Positions 29,843 through 39,083 of a stretch of 64,000 bases of DNA are shown here, in pieces (position 1 is the first letter of the stretch; every line of letters starts with the position of its first letter). Source of the stretch: an uncultured delta proteobacterium (GTDB lineage: Bacteria > Desulfobacterota > RBG-13-43-22); the NCBI GenBank assembly GCA_963790475.1, contig CAWBOS010000015.1, positions 512,001-576,000 of the forward strand. The letters run 5' to 3'. The notes below the pieces were generated by a model. That model saw only the letters and a program-made list of their open reading frames with translations. It was not told where the DNA came from and made no database searches. The position numbers and the translations under genes are program-made.

Positions 29843-29942
29843 TTTGGAGTAATTAGTTCGGAGTGTGGCGTTGGGAGTTTATAGTCGGCGTTTTAATAAT
29901 ACTGTCTCAAAATACTTACTCCGAACTCTAAACTCCGAACTT
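29843..29942. repeat. Heptamer-repeat imperfect palindrome
   Basis: AGTTCGGAGT-type left arm and ACTCCGAACTCTAAACTCCGAACT right arm. Confidence 0.6.
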
Positions 29943-29993
29943 TATTTTTGTTTTTAAAATACAAAGCTAATAATCAATTTTGGGAGGACTACC

Positions 29994-30662
29994 ATGGTTG
30001 TAGCGGAAAGAAAACCCTTAAGCGAAATTCTGGCCATGCTCCAGCCTTACAAAAAGATCCTGGTCGCCGGGTGTAAGGGGTGCGTTACCGTTTGCACTAC
30101 CGGCGGGAAAAAGGAGGTCGAAATACTGGCCTCGGAAATTCGAATCTCCCGGAAAAAGGACGGACAGGAAGCCGATGTTCAGGAAATTACCCTGGAACGC
30201 CAATGTGACCCTGAATATATCGATGAATTGGAAACTATGATCAAGGATCGTGACGCCGTTATTTCCATAGCCTGCACGGTAGGGCCCCAGTATATTGCCG
30301 CCCGGTATATGGATAAGATGGTCTTTCCCGGTCTCAATACAACCTTCATTGGGGGTTCCCGGGAACATGGGGTCTTTGCCGAATTTTGCCAGGCCTGCGG
30401 CTCCTGTATCATCCATAATTTTGGGACCCTCTGCCCCATAACCCGATGCTCCAAAAGTCTGTTAAACGGCCCTTGCGGTGGATCAGCCAACGGAAAGTGC
30501 GAGATCAGCAAAGAGGTGGATTGCGTCTGGCAACTCATCTATGACCGTCTCAAAGGCTTAGGACAACTGGATCAGATGACCCAGGTTGTCCCCTGCAAGG
30601 ATTGGACGACCAGCCGGGACGGCGGCCCCAGGAAAATGATCAGGGAGGATTTAAGGCTATGA
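29994..30662 (+). CDS. metV: MetV (methylene-THF reductase FeS/Zn subunit)
   Basis: GCKGCVTVC, ERQC, CQACGSC...CPITRCSKSLLNGPCGG...CVW. Confidence 0.9.
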   Translation: MVVAERKPLSEILAMLQPYKKILVAGCKGCVTVCTTGGKKEVEILASEIRISRKKDGQEADVQEITLERQCDPEYIDELETMIKDRDAVISIACTVGPQYIAARYMDKMVFPGLNTTFIGGSREHGVFAEFCQACGSCIIHNFGTLCPITRCSKSLLNGPCGGSANGKCEISKEVDCVWQLIYDRLKGLGQLDQMTQVVPCKDWTTSRDGGPRKMIREDLRL

Positions 30663-31582
30663 AATCGGGAAGCAGATTAGAAAAGATATTATCCGGCGGT
30701 CACTTCGCCGTAACCGGTGAATGCGGTCCTCCGAGGAATGCCAATCCGGATGTAGTCCGGCAAAAAGCGGCTCACCTGAAAGGTATGGTCGATTCCGTCA
30801 ATGTGACCGATAATCAAACGGCCGTAGTTCGCATGTCCAGTCTGGCCGGCTGTTTGATTTTGATACAGGAAGGGTTGGAACCTAATTTACAGATGGTGGT
30901 CCGGGACCGGAACCGGATTGCCCTTCAAAGCGACATTTTAGGAGCCTATGCCTTAGGGGTTCGTAATATGCTCTGCCTCTCCGGAGATCATCAGAAATTC
31001 GGGGACCATCCCTCGTCCAAAAACGTCTTTGATTTGGATTCGATGCAGCTTATTCAGACCGTCAAGAAAATGCGGGACGAAGGAAAATTCATAAACGATC
31101 AGGCTATTGAATATCCTCCCAAGATGTTTATCGGCGCCGCGGCCAATCCCTTTGCCGACCCGGCAGAATTCCGGGCGGTCCGCCTGGGGAAAAAAGTGGC
31201 CGCCGGGGTGGATTTCGTCCAGACCCAATGTATCTATAATTTAGACCGCTTTGAAAAATTCATGCAGCAGGTTCGGGATATGGGAATTGATGAAAAAGTT
31301 TATATCCTGGGCGGTGTAACCCCTATGAAATCGGTTGGTATGGCCAACTACATGAAGAACCTGGTGCCCGGCATGGATGTGCCGGAGGAGGTTATCAACC
31401 GGATGAAAGGCGTGGCCAAAAAAGACCAGACCAAAGAGGGGATCGCCATAGCCATTGAGACCATCCAGCGCCTGAAGGCCATGAAAGGTATTGCCGGGGT
31501 CCATATCATGGCCATTGAATGGGAAGAACGGGTTCCCGAGATCGTCGAGATGGCCGGATTGCTTCCCAGACCCGAAGTCTGA
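30659..31582 (+). CDS. metF: Methylenetetrahydrofolate reductase
   Basis: VTGECGPP, VNVTDN, RDRNRIALQSD, LSGDH, FVQTQ; ATGA overlap with metV. Confidence 0.93.
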   Translation: MKSGSRLEKILSGGHFAVTGECGPPRNANPDVVRQKAAHLKGMVDSVNVTDNQTAVVRMSSLAGCLILIQEGLEPNLQMVVRDRNRIALQSDILGAYALGVRNMLCLSGDHQKFGDHPSSKNVFDLDSMQLIQTVKKMRDEGKFINDQAIEYPPKMFIGAAANPFADPAEFRAVRLGKKVAAGVDFVQTQCIYNLDRFEKFMQQVRDMGIDEKVYILGGVTPMKSVGMANYMKNLVPGMDVPEEVINRMKGVAKKDQTKEGIAIAIETIQRLKAMKGIAGVHIMAIEWEERVPEIVEMAGLLPRPEV

Positions 31583-31680
31583 TTTCTGACTACGGAATTC
31601 GGAATCGAATGGATTAAAGCCTTCGGTCGCAATGCCTGCAGGCCGTTGAATGGGGTCGGAGCGAAATCCGGAAAGAATAA

Positions 31681-31712
31681 AAAAGCCGCCTGGTAACGGG
31701 CGGCTTTTTTTG
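31681..31712. terminator. Bidirectional intrinsic terminator
   Basis: AAAAGCCGCC-tggtaacg-GGCGGCTTTTTTT between convergent metF and cpoB. Confidence 0.85.
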
Positions 31713-31741
31713 TTCAAATCAAGCAAAAGAAAAAAGTTTCT

Positions 31742-32649
31742 TTATAAAGATTTCAATTTTTTCCGGGCTATTTTGGCCTGGCTGGATTTAGGGAAATCCT
31801 TGACGATTTTTTCCAGAAGGAGCCGGGCACTGCCGCTGGTGTCCTTCAGGCTGAGGAATGATAGGGCCTGTTTATAAAGGGCTTCGGGGATATGTCTGCT
31901 TTTGGGATAGGACTTGATCAAATTCTGGTAAGTCAGGATGGCTTCTTCATAATCTTTTGTCCCGTAAATGGATTCGGCTAATCCGAATCGGGCTTCTTCA
32001 ACATATTTTCCTTTCGGAGCTGTCTTTAGATATTCTTCATATTTTTTTCTGGCCCCTTCGTAGGCCTGTTTAGCTAACAGGGCATCGGCTTCCTTGTAAA
32101 TTTCATCCGCTGTTGGCTTGGCCTTCTCTTTTTCTTTGACCGGTTCTTTAACTTCTTTCTGATCCTCTTTGGGTTCGCGCGTTATTTCTTTGGCCTTTTC
32201 CGGTTTAGGCCCCGAATCGGTTGGCGTAGAAGGGGGGGAGGCGGCGGCGGAGAGGGTTTTTCCAGCCGCTGCAGGCGGGCCTGGAGGTCCTTCATCTCCT
32301 TGGCCAAGGAGTCGCTAAGATAGGTCTGCTCTTTTTTTTGGTTATGTTCCAGGGCTTCGATTCGGCCTTGTAAGGTTTCAATCTGACTTCTGATGGACTC
32401 CCCTTGGACAGTAGCATCGGCTTGATTCTGAAGGATGGGCTGGAATTGGGAATCCAACTTTCTTTCAGTTTGGTCTATCTTTTTGGACAAAACGGCCTTG
32501 TTTTCTTCTTGGGAATCTCTAACCTGAGCCAGGGACCGTTCCAAGGAAGAGGTCCTGTTGGCCAGAATGATGGCATCCTCCCTGGTAGCACAACCGGAGA
32601 GAACCATGAAAAGGAACCCCACCAATATCCAATTTTTTTTTATTTTCAC
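31742..32649 (-). pseudogene. cpoB: CpoB/YbgF (Tol-Pal TPR lipoprotein), frameshifted at a C7 tract (32232-32238)
   Basis: N-part MKIKKNW...LSGC coiled coil; TPR C-part (EIYKEAD...ARFGLAESIY...YPKSRHIPEALYK...FPKS) in another frame; one extra C restores the ORF. Confidence 0.85.
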
Positions 32650-32868
32650 TCTCCAACCTCCCTGGGGAAAAATCCGTTCGTCGTTGATCGTTCGGCGTTC
32701 GGAGAACCCCACGCTGCGCGCCTAAAAAGATCATTTCGGTTTTAAAATAAAAACAGGGTTTAAGGATCCCAGAAAGTTAATAGTTTGATGCACAGTATTA
32801 AGGTTTGCGATTCTCCTTAGAAATTGAACTTTTTCTGATCCTTTGTCAGAGGCCTCTCTTTTATCGTT

Positions 32869-33459
32869 CTATTTCAGGACAAAATGCGCCCGGCGGTTTT
32901 TGGCCCAGGCGGCCTCGTTGGATCCCGTATCTAATGGTTTTTCTTTGCCGTAACTGACCGTTGAAATCCGGTCGGCGCTGATCCCCAGAGAAACCAGGTA
33001 TTGCATAGCGGCATCGGCCCTTTTCTGCCCCAGGGCCAGGTTGTATTCGGCGCTTCCCCTTTCGTCACAATGGCCTTCAATCAGGGCCTTGGCTGCCGGG
33101 AAGTTCTTTAACCATTGGGCTTTTTTATTCAGATTTTGTTTGGCCGTATCGGAAAGAATATATTGGTCAAATTCGAAATAGATGTCCTCGGATTCAAAGT
33201 GAGACTTATCGGAAGCTTCCTTCAAACGCCGGGCCTCTTCTTCCCTCAAGGCCTTTTCCCTTAAGGCCTGTTCGGAGGCCTCCTGTTCTTTAATGCGGAC
33301 ACGCTTTTTGGTTTTTTCCGCCTCGTCCTCCGTGGCGCTCGGGGGTTTGGAAACAATCCCTTCACTTTTAATTGCCTTTTTGCCGCAGGAAAAAAGAAAA
33401 AGACTGGAAACAAGAAATAGGATAATCAATAGTCCGAAACCGGCTTGTTTTGCTTTCAC
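32869..33459 (-). CDS. pal: Peptidoglycan-associated lipoprotein
   Basis: FSCG lipobox, IYFEFD, EGHCDERGSAEYNLALGQKRA, SYGKEKP, NRRAHF. Confidence 0.96.
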   Translation of the reverse strand: MKAKQAGFGLLIILFLVSSLFLFSCGKKAIKSEGIVSKPPSATEDEAEKTKKRVRIKEQEASEQALREKALREEEARRLKEASDKSHFESEDIYFEFDQYILSDTAKQNLNKKAQWLKNFPAAKALIEGHCDERGSAEYNLALGQKRADAAMQYLVSLGISADRISTVSYGKEKPLDTGSNEAAWAKNRRAHFVLK

Positions 33460-33545
33460 AGCACTATCCTCCTCTTTGAAATAAAAATAGGCTCTCTTTA
33501 TTTTATTATGAATGAGTTTATACTATCTCTGAATAATACCAAAGC

Positions 33546-33593
33546 GTCATTCCCGAAAGCTTGGGCCCCGACCGGATCGGGGAAAGGGAATCC
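33546..33593. repeat. REP-like GTCATTCC...GGAATCC palindrome
   Basis: GTCATTCCCG-[CCCCGA..TCGGGG hairpin]-GGGAATCC; related to the element at 60795. Confidence 0.5.
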
Positions 33594-33728
33594 GGCAGTT
33601 CAAGCAGTGTTAATCGACCCGGAACCCACCTTGGCGGAGATGGTTGTTTTTTTATCTTTTTAGAAATCGTCTTATTGTATCTTATTTTCTAAGGGAATTA
33701 TAGAAAAAAGTAAAAAAAAACAAAAAAC

Positions 33729-35048
33729 TTACTCATCAAATTTCTTGGGACACCAGGAAGGACTGAACTGTTCCCCGGGTAAAAAGGTAATCCTTTTTTG
33801 ATTGGCCCCATTGGAATTCATGACATAAACAGCAGACTTGCCGTGTCTATTGGAACTAAAGACAATCATCCCTCCTTCCGGGGAGAAATCGGGAGACTCA
33901 TTATTTCCTGAAGCGGTCAACTGTTGGAGATCCCCCCCGGAAGCGGAAATGGTGAAAATTTGGAAGTGGTTTCCAACCCTTCCGGCATAGGCGATCAGGT
34001 TGCCTTTAGGTGACCAGACCGGGCCAACATTATAATTACCCTGAAACGTCAGTCGTCTCACTTCTCGGGTGCCGACATTCAAAATATAAATCTGTGGACT
34101 TCCGGAGCGATTGGAGACAAAGGCCAATTGTTTCCCGTCCGGAGACCAGGAGGGAGAGACGTCGATTCCCCAACTCTGGATCAATTGGCGGATCGAAGTT
34201 CCATTGCGGCTCAACTGGAGGATCTGGGAATTGCCTTTATAGTTCAAAGCCACCGCCAGAGATTCCCCGTCCGGATACCAGGCTGGGGTGATATTGACCC
34301 CGGGACGACTGGAGATCCTGCTGGATTGCAACCCTGGAAGACGGAGCAGATATACGGCCGGGGTCCCGTCTTTATAAGAAGTATAAGCGATTTCATCCCC
34401 TCGAGGAGACCAGCGTGGGGTAAGGGTAATGGAATTGTGATGCGTCAATCTTTTGGAATTACTGCCATCAAAATCAGCGGAATAGATTTCTTTCTTTCCC
34501 GCGATGGTGGAGACAAAGGCGATCCGGGTTTGGAAAGGGCCGTGTTCTCCGGTCAGCAGGAAAAGGATCTCGTCGGCAAAGCGATGGATCGCTCTGGGGT
34601 ATTCCTGGGTTGCAACCATAAATTCTTTTCCCAGAATTGATTTGCCCTGAAGAAGATCGTAAAGACGCATCTCCATCTTTAGTTGGGACCCTTCCTGACG
34701 GTAAGTCCCTTTGACCAACAAATCGGCGCCGGTCATGGTCCAGGCATTGAAATCGACCGATCCCGGTTCTTCGGAACGGCCCAAAAACCCTTTGGGGTCT
34801 ATCATTTGGAAATAGCCGGTAAAATCAAGATCCTTCATTAAGAGGTTCGCTGCCGTATTCCCCAGGGCGGCATCAGGGGCTCCCTGATTTATCAAACCCG
34901 GGATAACGATCGGGATCTTTTTGGCGGTGGGAGAATCGATGTCAATATAAACCTTGGCGAAAAGGGGATAAGGGAAGGCCCAAGAAACCAGTCCGCTTAT
35001 AATCAGCATCCCCAGGAACAGGTAAAATTTAAACAATAATTTGCACAT
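33729..35048 (-). CDS. tolB: TolB
   Basis: HRFADEI, TRIAFVS, repeated PxWSPDG PD40 units. Confidence 0.95.
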   Translation of the reverse strand: MCKLLFKFYLFLGMLIISGLVSWAFPYPLFAKVYIDIDSPTAKKIPIVIPGLINQGAPDAALGNTAANLLMKDLDFTGYFQMIDPKGFLGRSEEPGSVDFNAWTMTGADLLVKGTYRQEGSQLKMEMRLYDLLQGKSILGKEFMVATQEYPRAIHRFADEILFLLTGEHGPFQTRIAFVSTIAGKKEIYSADFDGSNSKRLTHHNSITLTPRWSPRGDEIAYTSYKDGTPAVYLLRLPGLQSSRISSRPGVNITPAWYPDGESLAVALNYKGNSQILQLSRNGTSIRQLIQSWGIDVSPSWSPDGKQLAFVSNRSGSPQIYILNVGTREVRRLTFQGNYNVGPVWSPKGNLIAYAGRVGNHFQIFTISASGGDLQQLTASGNNESPDFSPEGGMIVFSSNRHGKSAVYVMNSNGANQKRITFLPGEQFSPSWCPKKFDE

Positions 35049-35903
35049 TTATTTTCCAGACAAGTCTTTGGAGTGAAAAGTTAAAAAAAACTCGTAACTA
35101 TTTTTTGGATATCCTTCCGGTAATGGAGGTAAGGGAGAGGATTTCTTTAAAGTGCGCAGCACTTCCTGGTCAAAAACCTCTATCCCGGATTTTCGCTCGA
35201 ACCGGAAATCTTCTATCTGGCCGTTCCGGTTGACTCGAACCATAAGATCGGCAGAGATATCATTTCCTTTTCGGAGCCCCTCAGGCAAGCCCCAGTTTCT
35301 TTTAATCCGGCTGACCATTGAGGCTTGATACAGTTGGAATTGAATTCCCAAACTGTCCGATCCTCCCGGCACGGAAGAAGTGACGTTCCCCGGCCCCCCA
35401 GAGCCGGTTCCTGTCCCGGTTGCGGAAGACGACTGCCTTTTTTTCTCAAGTTGAGCCAGGGCCTTGTCAAGGTTCAGTTCATCTTTTACTTTGTTTTCCA
35501 GACGATTTATATTTTTTTCCAGGGATCTTTCCTTCTGCACCTTTTGTTTTAATTTTTCCATGGCCTGATCCAAAGTCTTAGATCGGTCTTCAACCGGGAG
35601 GGGCTTTTCCGGAACCGGTTTGGGTATAGGAATAGGTTTGGGTTCCGATCGAGGGGGCGGAGGGGAAGGGGCGGCGACAGCTTCTTTTATCTTTGAGTTA
35701 TTGCCGATCGCTCCGCCGGCGGGCAAGGAGACCAGATCGACGTAATAGGCCGGTTCCAGCTTTTTTCCCGCCCCGCCTTTTGGAAAAACGTTCAGAAAAA
35801 GTCCCAGGATCAAAAGATGCAGTCCAAGAGAAATAAAGACCATTTTCATCCATTGGTTTTCCCAGGAAGGGGCTTTCCAGGAGGAAAATGTTTTGGGGGT
35901 CAT
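35049..35903 (-). CDS. tolA: TolA (TonB-like)
   Basis: SLGLH TM motif, Pro/Lys linker, KRNW...SG..FD...PLPPLP C-terminal domain. Confidence 0.85.
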   Translation of the reverse strand: MTPKTFSSWKAPSWENQWMKMVFISLGLHLLILGLFLNVFPKGGAGKKLEPAYYVDLVSLPAGGAIGNNSKIKEAVAAPSPPPPRSEPKPIPIPKPVPEKPLPVEDRSKTLDQAMEKLKQKVQKERSLEKNINRLENKVKDELNLDKALAQLEKKRQSSSATGTGTGSGGPGNVTSSVPGGSDSLGIQFQLYQASMVSRIKRNWGLPEGLRKGNDISADLMVRVNRNGQIEDFRFERKSGIEVFDQEVLRTLKKSSPLPPLPEGYPKNSYEFFLTFHSKDLSGK

Positions 35904-36313
35904 TTTTTTTCTTCACCCGGTTCAGTTACCATTCCCAATTTTTCAATTCCTGCATTTTTGATATCGCTCATAATTTGAATAACAAAACCGTAGGGAAGGG
36001 ATCGGTCGGCCCGCAAAAAAACCTCTCCTTCCTTTTTGTTTTGGTAAAGGATTTTTAATTTTTCCTGCAGTTCACTGCGGTTGACCCGATATTCATTGAT
36101 AAATATCTCCTGATTTTTATTCAAGGAGACCACCAGACGTTCATCCCGGGAGGAGATCGCCTTGGCCTTGGTTTGGGGGAGTTGGACATCCATGCCCTGC
36201 ATCATCATGGGTGCCGCCACCATAAAGATGATCAGCAGGACCAACATAACGTCTACCAAGGGCGTTACGTTGATTTCCGACATCAATTTTTTATCTCCGC
36301 CGCCGACATCCAT
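35900..36313 (-). CDS. tolR: TolR
   Basis: EINVTPLVDVMLVLLIIFMV, LRADRSLPYG. Confidence 0.95.
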   Translation of the reverse strand: MDVGGGDKKLMSEINVTPLVDVMLVLLIIFMVAAPMMMQGMDVQLPQTKAKAISSRDERLVVSLNKNQEIFINEYRVNRSELQEKLKILYQNKKEGEVFLRADRSLPYGFVIQIMSDIKNAGIEKLGMVTEPGEEKK

Positions 36314-36322
36314 AAGTCAACC

Positions 36323-37060
36323 TTATTTCTTTAACCCGGCCTTTTTGTATTGGTCCCTCTCAATAATGTTTAAAAAATCGGAGGAAAAATTATTCATTTC
36401 CGATTCCAGGACCCTTACCTGGTTGGAAAAATAGTTATAGGCGATTACCGATGGTATGGCGGCCGCTAACCCGGCGGCTGTGGCGATCAGGGCCTCGGAG
36501 ATCCCCGGGGCGACCACAGCCAGGTTGGCCCCTCCCCGGAGACCGATGCTATGGAAGGAATTCATGATCCCCCACACCGTACCGAAGAGCCCGATGAAAG
36601 GGGCGGTATTTCCGGTAGTGGCCAGAAAAGTCAGGGCGTAACCCAGACGGGTGACCTGAGAATTCATGGCCGCCCGCATGGCCCGGGGAATATTTTCAAA
36701 GCGAATCAAACTGGTGGACAGAATATCCGGGGACTCCCTTTGGGAGTTCTCCCCGGTTTCCTGCTGCATCTTATACAATCTCCCCAATTCCTGATACCCG
36801 ACCCGAAAAACTTCAGCGACAGGACTGTATTGGAGATCCTTGGACTCGGTATAGGCTACGGCCAGACTTTTGCTTTTCCAAAAAATATCCTGAAAGAGAT
36901 TGGTCTCCCTCCTGGCCCGGTGGACGACCCGGTATTTCATAAAGATAATGGACCAGGAGATGATGGAAAAAGCCAGCAGTAAAAAAAGGACCAGCTTGAC
37001 TATGGGTCCGGCGTTCCAGACCATGGAAAAAATTTCATTTTGACTAACGATAGAAAACAT
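36323..37060 (-). CDS. tolQ: TolQ
   Basis: APFIGLFGTVWGIM, APGISEALIATAAGLAAAIP. Confidence 0.95.
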   Translation of the reverse strand: MFSIVSQNEIFSMVWNAGPIVKLVLFLLLAFSIISWSIIFMKYRVVHRARRETNLFQDIFWKSKSLAVAYTESKDLQYSPVAEVFRVGYQELGRLYKMQQETGENSQRESPDILSTSLIRFENIPRAMRAAMNSQVTRLGYALTFLATTGNTAPFIGLFGTVWGIMNSFHSIGLRGGANLAVVAPGISEALIATAAGLAAAIPSVIAYNYFSNQVRVLESEMNNFSSDFLNIIERDQYKKAGLKK

Positions 37061-37329
37061 GGATTCACTTTCTGGAAATCAGATCGAACATCTTACCGTT
37101 ATTCTTAAATACATTTAGTCGATAGCGGCCTAGTAGAAGTTAAATAAAGAGTGAATAAAAATTTTCAAGTCCTTTGAGATCCAAAGCACGACCTTAAAAT
37201 GAACCTTGAATAAAATTGAACCTTTTCAAAGCCTTCAATTGATCATCGGATAGGGTCCCCGGTAGAAGACGAGTCCTAAAAAAAGGGACCTCCAGGTTCC
37301 AAGATTTTCCCTGAAGTCCAAACACGTTA

Positions 37330-37767
37330 TTACTCCTCTTCCTCCTCCTCTTCCATTTCTACTTCTATCGGCTCCTCTCCAACAATTTCCTTGAGGTATT
37401 CACCATATTCTTCGGCCGTCAGCATTTCATAATAATCCGTGGTGGCCGATACGTCAATACGGAGGATCCAACCGTCCTGATAAGGGTCTTCATTAATGAT
37501 TTCCGGAGAATCCAGGAGTTCCTGGTTAATCTCGACAATTTCTCCGTTCAGAGGAGAAAAGAGGTCCGTCACCTCTCCCTGGGATTCTAAGGAACCAAAA
37601 GACTCATCTTTGACCACCTCATCCCCTTCTTCGGGGAGGTTAATCCCAGAAATATCCCCCAGCTCTTCCTGGGCAAAATCACTGATTCCGATGGTGATGC
37701 GGTTGTCGTCATCCAAGCGAGCCCAGGCATGATCCTTACTGTATCTTAGCTCTTCTAAGATAACCAA
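37330..37767 (-). CDS. Glycine cleavage H-protein-like protein lacking the lipoyl lysine
   Basis: YSKDHAW, IGISDFAQEELGD, INEDPYQDGW; FGSLESQGEVTD replaces ESVKA. Confidence 0.85.
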   Translation of the reverse strand: MVILEELRYSKDHAWARLDDDNRITIGISDFAQEELGDISGINLPEEGDEVVKDESFGSLESQGEVTDLFSPLNGEIVEINQELLDSPEIINEDPYQDGWILRIDVSATTDYYEMLTAEEYGEYLKEIVGEEPIEVEMEEEEEEE

Positions 37768-38044
37768 AATGTTCCCCCTTCTTTACGTGGATTAAATTCT
37801 TTCCATCGCTTAACTCCGAGAATTTAATTCTTATTTATTATCAAACCTTATCCTGTCCGACTGATGAACGGTCCAAACGAAAAATGATAGGGTTTTCGCC
37901 GAATCCCATTTAACGGGACCTAAAGACAAACATTTTTTCTTTTTAAACTGAGGTCTAATATAACCAAGTAAAATTAGCAAGTTTTTTTTTAGCTGTGACG
38001 GATTTTTCTGTTATTTAAATAACAAGTCAGAATTATTGGAAAAA

Positions 38045-38412
38045 AGACCAGGAAAATACTGACCTACTGCCTAATAGATTCCCCGGTTGTCTCCTCTGTG
38101 GAATTCCAAGACCCAAAGACCTATGCCGTATAAAAAAAGTTAGAAAAGGAAGATCATTTAGAAATCCAAACTTCCTCCTCAAACCTTGAAAAAATTTAGG
38201 GGGTGTCAAGATAATGGGGATAATTGGTTATTACAAAAAGGAGTCGAGACCCGACGATGGCCGAAAGGATGATATAAAAGGTCCCGGACTCTCGGCTGGA
38301 ATCCCTTTTCGGCGGACTTCTTTGACGTCCAGCTCCTGCAGAAAGCTGACAGCAATAAAAAGGGCATAACTGTGAACGGTAACGCCCCGACATGAAAGAG
38401 AACCGGGAACAC
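38045..38412 (-). pseudogene. lgt: Decayed lgt (prolipoprotein diacylglyceryl transferase) fragment
   Basis: FPVLFHVG, SAIVGSRLLFVITNYPHY and GESI-like pieces in shifting frames directly after lspA. Confidence 0.6.
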
Positions 38413-38414
38413 TA

Positions 38415-38897
38415 TCACCCCTCTTTCATAAACAAATAACCAAAGGCCAGGAAAAGAACTCCCAGGGTGATGGCTGAGTCGGCCACGTTAAAGGCCGGCC
38501 AGTGATAATTCCCCCAGTAGATATCTAAGAAGTCGATTACCCCTCGAAACCGGAGACGGTCGATCAAATTTCCCAGGGCGCCTCCCAGGATCCCGCCTAA
38601 AGATAACAAAATTCCGGCTTTTTTTTGAGGATAACTAAAAGTGAAGATCAGGATACCGGACATGGCGACGATAGGGAACAGCAGCAATAAGATATCTCTC
38701 CAGACCGGGGCCGCCCCCCCCAAGATTCCAAAAGCCACACCTTTGTTTTGAATATGGATTAAATTGAACAGGCCGGGGATTACGGGTCGGGAGGAATATA
38801 AGGGAATATGGGTGATGATATATCCCTTAGTCAGTATATCCAGGATAAGCACTCCGAGAAAAGAAAGGCCTAAAAACCAGTACTTTTTTATGCCCAT
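38415..38897 (-). CDS. lspA: Lipoprotein signal peptidase II
   Basis: NKGVAFG, GALGNLIDR, VIDFLD, WPAFNVADSAI. Confidence 0.96.
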   Translation of the reverse strand: MGIKKYWFLGLSFLGVLILDILTKGYIITHIPLYSSRPVIPGLFNLIHIQNKGVAFGILGGAAPVWRDILLLLFPIVAMSGILIFTFSYPQKKAGILLSLGGILGGALGNLIDRLRFRGVIDFLDIYWGNYHWPAFNVADSAITLGVLFLAFGYLFMKEG

Positions 38898-38967
38898 GAG
38901 GATCCTTTGATCTCCTTAGAATATTCCTTTATTTTCGATGCAGAGAATTCGTTTCCAACTTTTTCAA

Positions 38968-39030
38968 TTGGAGTGATGGAGTATTGGATTTTTCCAAGCC
39001 ATTATTCCAGTACTCCAATACTCCAATCTA
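38968..39030. repeat. Short tandem-repeat imperfect palindrome
   Basis: TTGGAGTGATGGAGTATTGGA...TCCAGTACTCCAATACTCCAA (8-nt units). Confidence 0.6.
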
Positions 39031-39083
39031 ATTGGGCTAATGTAATTTACTCCGGATTTAAAAACATAAATTATAAATGGCCG

